Origin: the human T2T-CHM13v2.0 reference genome, Homo sapiens
Assembly: GCF_009914755.1 (NCBI RefSeq)
Contig: NC_060931.1
Direction: 5' to 3' (one strand)
DNA length: 64,000 nt
The notes under the pieces: model-generated
What the model was told of the DNA's origin: nothing
What the model saw: only the letters and a program-made list of their open reading frames with translations
Database searches by the model: none
Program-made: the position numbers and the translations under genes
Shown: positions 55,111-64,000 of the stretch, piece after piece
How the letters are laid out: each line of letters opens with the position of its first letter
Position numbering within the stretch: position 1 is the stretch's first letter

Positions 55111-56280
55111 GAGCTTTTATGTAAATTCAACCAACAGGAGATGGGAAAATCAAAGGCATGAGAAAGACAGCAAGGGTGAGCAGAGAAGTATGTGCAGGTT
55201 AAGGGAGAAAGTCACAATGAATCCTCTAGTGCAGACTACTTTATCAAAAGCACCTAAAAAAGATCTCATTAACTCCCCGAACTCACCTCCACCCACATCT
55301 AAAGAGCCACACACAGCATCACCAAAGGCAGCACAATGAGAACAGCGTTCTCCTCAACAGATAGGCTGTGAGTATCCAGACAGACACCCGACCTCAACAG
55401 CTCCAGAACAGCCCCAAGACAGCTCCTCCCTAACCACCACTCAAGTAACCAGCTGGAAAAGTATTCAGAAAACCCGCATCCTGACACACCACTACCAAAC
55501 AACTTAAACAGCAAAGAACAACCCATTTAAACAGCAACGCCAGCTGCCAGGAAAAGCAGGGACAATAAGTAGAGGAAAAGCAGACTCCTTGGGGTCCGCC
55601 AAGACACAGTCTCTCAGCATCAGCACTTTCAAATGTAGAATCCACACACCCCTGGGGCCTGCGGAGCTCCACAAGGCATGCTGTCCTCAAAGATAAATGA
55701 GCAGGCAAACTGGACAGAAAACCACTCAGGGTATTACTCTTTAAAATATCTTTACAGGGTCAAAGACAAATGGGTCTACAGGCTATGTGTATTCCCAACA
55801 GATTCTGAGAATGATGTCACTATCCCTTTCAAGATGTGTTTAACATATCTTGTGTTAAACAAGATGTGGACACTTGTATTCCTGCCACTGAACACCACTG
55901 CTTTGCTAATTTGAACTGATTCCAGCTAACGCTACCCCAGCTCCCTGGATCTGGTTACCATTAGCCAAGATTGTCATCCATATTGTAACCTTTTAAAGAG
56001 TCCTAAAAACTACTCTTCCAAGACAAGTAAAAATATCTGCCAAAGAAATGAAGAAAAAAGATTCAGAGAGAGAATAGAATTAACATACTACCAAGAGAGC
56101 AAAAAGTGAAGGAAGAGGAAAAACTAGGAAAATCATATGTGGACTCACACCTATTTCCAAAGTGGGCTAATATCCTTTTGCTTGTGTCTAAATGAGGTAC
56201 CAATTTTAAACTGCTACTGAAAAAAAAAAAAAAGAGAGAGAGAGAGAGAAAGAAGCAGGCCCAGGCCCAGGCCCAAGCCC

Positions 56281-58543
<2,263 letters not shown>

Positions 58544-59183
58544 TGAATTTTGAAAATAGCAATTTTCAGACACTCAGGTGAGACCATCTAGATGTCTCCA
58601 AAGTCATCTTTTTTATAAGATAAATATGCAAAAGTCACTTTTCCCCCAAACCAGCTCAATTCTGTTTCTGAATCTTGGATGAACTGTCCCACAGCACAGC
58701 CAGAAGCAGCTTGCATCATCTTAAACCTTTCCTCTCCCTTATAACTCAGTCCCAACAAATATACACAGATACACAACCCCAATCAGTAAACAAGACTCTG
58801 CCCACTTCAACATTCCTTCCATGAGTAGAGAGAGGCCTTCTGTTCCTACCCCCCACACTCAAACTACCCACTGTGTTATCCTTCAAAATCAACCCAGAAT
58901 AATCTTTCTAAAGGACAGATCCACATTATTTTAAGAGAGAAGTGCTATGAGACCATTTAATGACTACCACTGCTTTTGTAGGATCTAAGGCCTTCCTCCA
59001 CTTGGCCACCCAAGTCTATCTATGCAATCCTACAATGCCCACATGGCACTCCTCACTCCACACAGAATAGGTGAGGTATGTGAACATGTGAGCATACCTG
59101 ACACCTCCCTGCCTTTACTCATATTTGAAACACGTTCCCTCCCTTCTGGATGCACAAGTGACTGATTGGGGTGTGCCACCTAC

Positions 59184-59242
59184 CTCCTGAAGCTGGTTTA
59201 TCAAGTTGTAAATCTTCATGTGTTGAATTCATAACATCATGT
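59184..59242 (-). pseudogene. GTF2I pseudo-exon, copy A (59 nt)
   Basis: ctttcag|A CAT GAT GTT ATG AAT TCA ACA CAT GAA GAT TTA CAA CTT GAT AAA CCA GCT TCA GGA G|gtaggt = HDVMNSTHEDLQLDKPASG, versus recalled HELLNSTREDLQLDKPASG. Confidence 0.9.
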
Positions 59243-59427
59243 CTGAAAGGTGAGAATAAATAATATTCACTAGGCAATATTCAGCAAATATCCGCTAGTA
59301 TTTATTTAACATTTAATCACATTTAACATTTCATCACCAAGGGTGGTTTTGAAAAGAAAAGACAGGCTGGGCATGGTGGCTCACGCCTGTAATCCCAGCA
59401 CTTTGGAAGGTAGAGGCTGGCAGATCA

Positions 59428-59610
<183 letters not shown>

Positions 59611-60267
59611 CTACATCCTGGGTGACAGAGCAAGACTCCAAATCGGGGAAAAAAAAAAATTAAGAAAAGAAAAGACAATCTGGATGCTTGAGCACCACTA
59701 AATCTTCATTTGAGGTTTCTACAAAGTAACAAAACAAAGTAATAATTGCAAATTGTCTCATAACGTGCTTCACAGAGCATGTGTCCTCAAAAGTAAAGTG
59801 GTAACTTTGCAACCCACAGGTATTTGAAGCACATTACAAAAATCTTAAATGGGATCCTTTAATATCACATTGCATTCAAGACTATCTTCCTCTACACATC
59901 TAGAAAAACAATCATATATTCCCACATATGCTTTAAAAATCTCAGGCCTAAAAACAAGACATGGATACTATTCTATTTTTAGCAAAAGTAACAGAAAATT
60001 GTGAAAGAAAATGTCAGTTGCACGCCAGTCAGGTGCGGGCAGTGTTCATGTTTCGAAAGGTAACACTGGCATGACTGACTCAATGTTGGACCCAGGTAAA
60101 TTAAAAAGTGGTACATAAAAATACATAAAACAGGCTGGGCGCAGTGGCTCTCACCTGTAATCCCAGGACTTTGGGAGGCCGAGGCAGGCGGATCACCTGA
60201 GATCGCAAGTTAGAGACCAACCTGACCAACATAGAGAAACTCTGTTCCTAATAAAAATACAAAATTA

Positions 60268-60655
<388 letters not shown>

Positions 60656-60794
60656 TTATGAGTAAAATAAAAACACCACCAAAAATGCTAATATTCTGTT
60701 TATCAAAGTCTGCAGTGAAATATCCCATTACAGATGAGTGCAGTGACTCACACCTGTAATCCCGGCACTTTAGGAGGCCAAGACGGGTGAATCA

Positions 60795-61012
<218 letters not shown>

Positions 61013-61351
61013 TCAAACAACAACAACAACAACAACAAAACAGTTAAGAGAATCGTGGAGCTGTGTCCTACTCATTGTATTTACTTTCCTAAAATAAAAC
61101 AACATTATAGAAAACATTATGACCAGGCGCAGTGGCTCAAACCTGTAATCCCAACTCTTTGGGAGGACGAGGCAGACGGATCATAATATCAGGAGTTTCA
61201 GACCAGCCTGGCCAACATGGTGAAACCCCATCTCTACTAAAAAATTACAAAAATTAGGGCCGGGCGCAGTGGCTCATGCCTGTAATTCCAGCACTTTGGA
61301 AGGCCAAGGCAGGTGGATCATGAAGTCAGGAGATCAAGACCATTCTCGCTA

Positions 61352-61748
<397 letters not shown>

Positions 61749-62085
61749 CTATGGGGAGACTAGGGATATGATCTTGCTGCAATCCTTCCATTTTAGTAAA
61801 TCTTAACAGTGTGATTCCATTGTTTTGTCCCCATTTCACTCCAGAAGCAAAACAAGTATGAAAACCAATTCTACTTCTGTTTCTTTCAAAACACATCTAA
61901 CAATTAAGAGATGAAAAAAAGAAAATGAGTTCACTGTTTTAGAGAGTATTCGAATTTTGACAACGTGAGGCCAGGCGGAGTAGCTCTCGCCTGTAATCCC
62001 AGCACTTTGGAAGGCCGAGATGGATCACCTGAGGTTGGGAGTTCGAGACTAGCCTGATAAACACGGAGAAACCCCGTCTCTATTA

Positions 62086-62244
<159 letters not shown>

Positions 62245-62367
62245 TCAAAAAAAAAAAAAGAATTTTGACAACATGAATTCTCCTATCCTGGAACATAATT
62301 AATAGTTACAGGCATATTATTTCATGTGGAAGGTACCATTTTAAAAAAAAACAATGTTAAGCATTAA

Positions 62368-62670
<303 letters not shown>

Positions 62671-62730
62671 TGAGTCACTGTGGCCGGCCTGCATATAATC
62701 TTCCAATCTGACTTAAGACTGAAGACCTAC

Positions 62731-62789
62731 CTCCTGAAGCTGGTTTATCAAGCTGTAAATCTTCACATCTTAAATTCATAACTTCATGT
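62731..62789 (-). pseudogene. GTF2I pseudo-exon, copy B (59 nt)
   Basis: HEVMNLRCEDLQLDKPASG with intact ctttcag acceptor and gtaggt donor. Confidence 0.9.
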
Positions 62790-62978
62790 CTGAAAGGTGA
62801 GAATACTTAATATTCACTAGGCAATATTCAGCAAAGTAACATCCACTAGTACATATTTAACATTGAATCACCAAGGATGGTTTTGAAAAGACAAGACAGG
62901 CTGGGCACGATCGCTCACACCTGTAATCCCAGCACTTTGGGAGGCCGAGACTGGCAGATCACAAAATCAGGAGTTCTA

Positions 62979-63233
<255 letters not shown>

Positions 63234-63732
63234 CTACACCTTCATTTGAGGTTTCTACAGAGTAACAAAACAAAACAATAATTGTAAATTGTCACATAAG
63301 GTGCTTCATGGAGCATGTGCCCTCAAAAGTGGTAACTTTGCAACCCACAGGTCTTTGAAGCATATTACAAAAATCTTAAATGGGATCCTTTAATATCACA
63401 CTGCATTCAAGACTATCTTCCTCTACACATCTAGAAAAACAATCATATATTCCCACATATGCTATAAAAATCTTAGGCCTAAAAGCAAGACATGGATATT
63501 ATTATTTTTAGCAAAAGTAGCAGAAAATTGTGAAAGAAAATGTCAGTTGCATGCCAGTCAGGTGCGGGCAGTGTTCATGTTTCAAAAGCTAACACTGGCA
63601 TGACTGACTCAATGTTGGACCCAAATAAATTAAAAAGTGATACATAAAAATACATATAATAGGACGGACGTGGTGGCTCAAGTCTGTAATCCCAGCACTT
63701 TGGGAGTCCAAGGCGGGCAGATCACAAGCTCA

Positions 63733-63999
<267 letters not shown>

Positions 64000-64000
64000 C

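Noticed and set aside
55100-55870. Possible GTF2I 3' UTR
   Set aside because: Does not match my recollection of the GTF2I 3' UTR and no terminal coding exon is visible; left unassigned.

Overview
Primate, almost certainly human, genomic DNA. It is Alu-rich (about 50 Alu copies or fragments) and contains no conventional intact multi-exon gene. The window is a mosaic of duplicated and retrotransposed gene pieces, nearly all on the minus strand. From right to left: (1) a tandemly duplicated GTF2I (TFII-I) exon module at about 58.0-64.0 kb; (2) two exon-like segments of unknown origin at 55.9-56.7 kb; (3) a CpG island with a YY1 motif at about 52.1-52.5 kb, probably the duplicated RABGEF1 promoter/first exon; (4) five exons of an unprocessed RABGEF1 (Rabex-5) pseudogene from 31.3 to 5.6 kb, with stops, frameshifts and one expected exon not found; (5) inside its introns, a GRPEL1 processed pseudogene, a U13 snoRNA retrocopy and a 5'-inverted L1PA2-like element; (6) a full-length SKP1 retrocopy with an intact 162-codon ORF. 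From recall, not a search, this matches the 7q11.21 SKP1P1/RABGEF1P2 segmental-duplication region. Most notable: the SKP1 retrocopy and the Alu at its 5' end sit inside one target-site duplication, suggesting an Alu-mRNA template-switch chimera, and a candidate acceptor in the SKP1 5' UTR would join the last RABGEF1 pseudo-exon in frame to SKP1 (hypothetical 243-aa fusion ORF). These are testable hypotheses; sequence alone cannot show expression. Repeat subfamily names and parent-protein comparisons come from memory of consensus sequences, and repeat boundaries are approximate.
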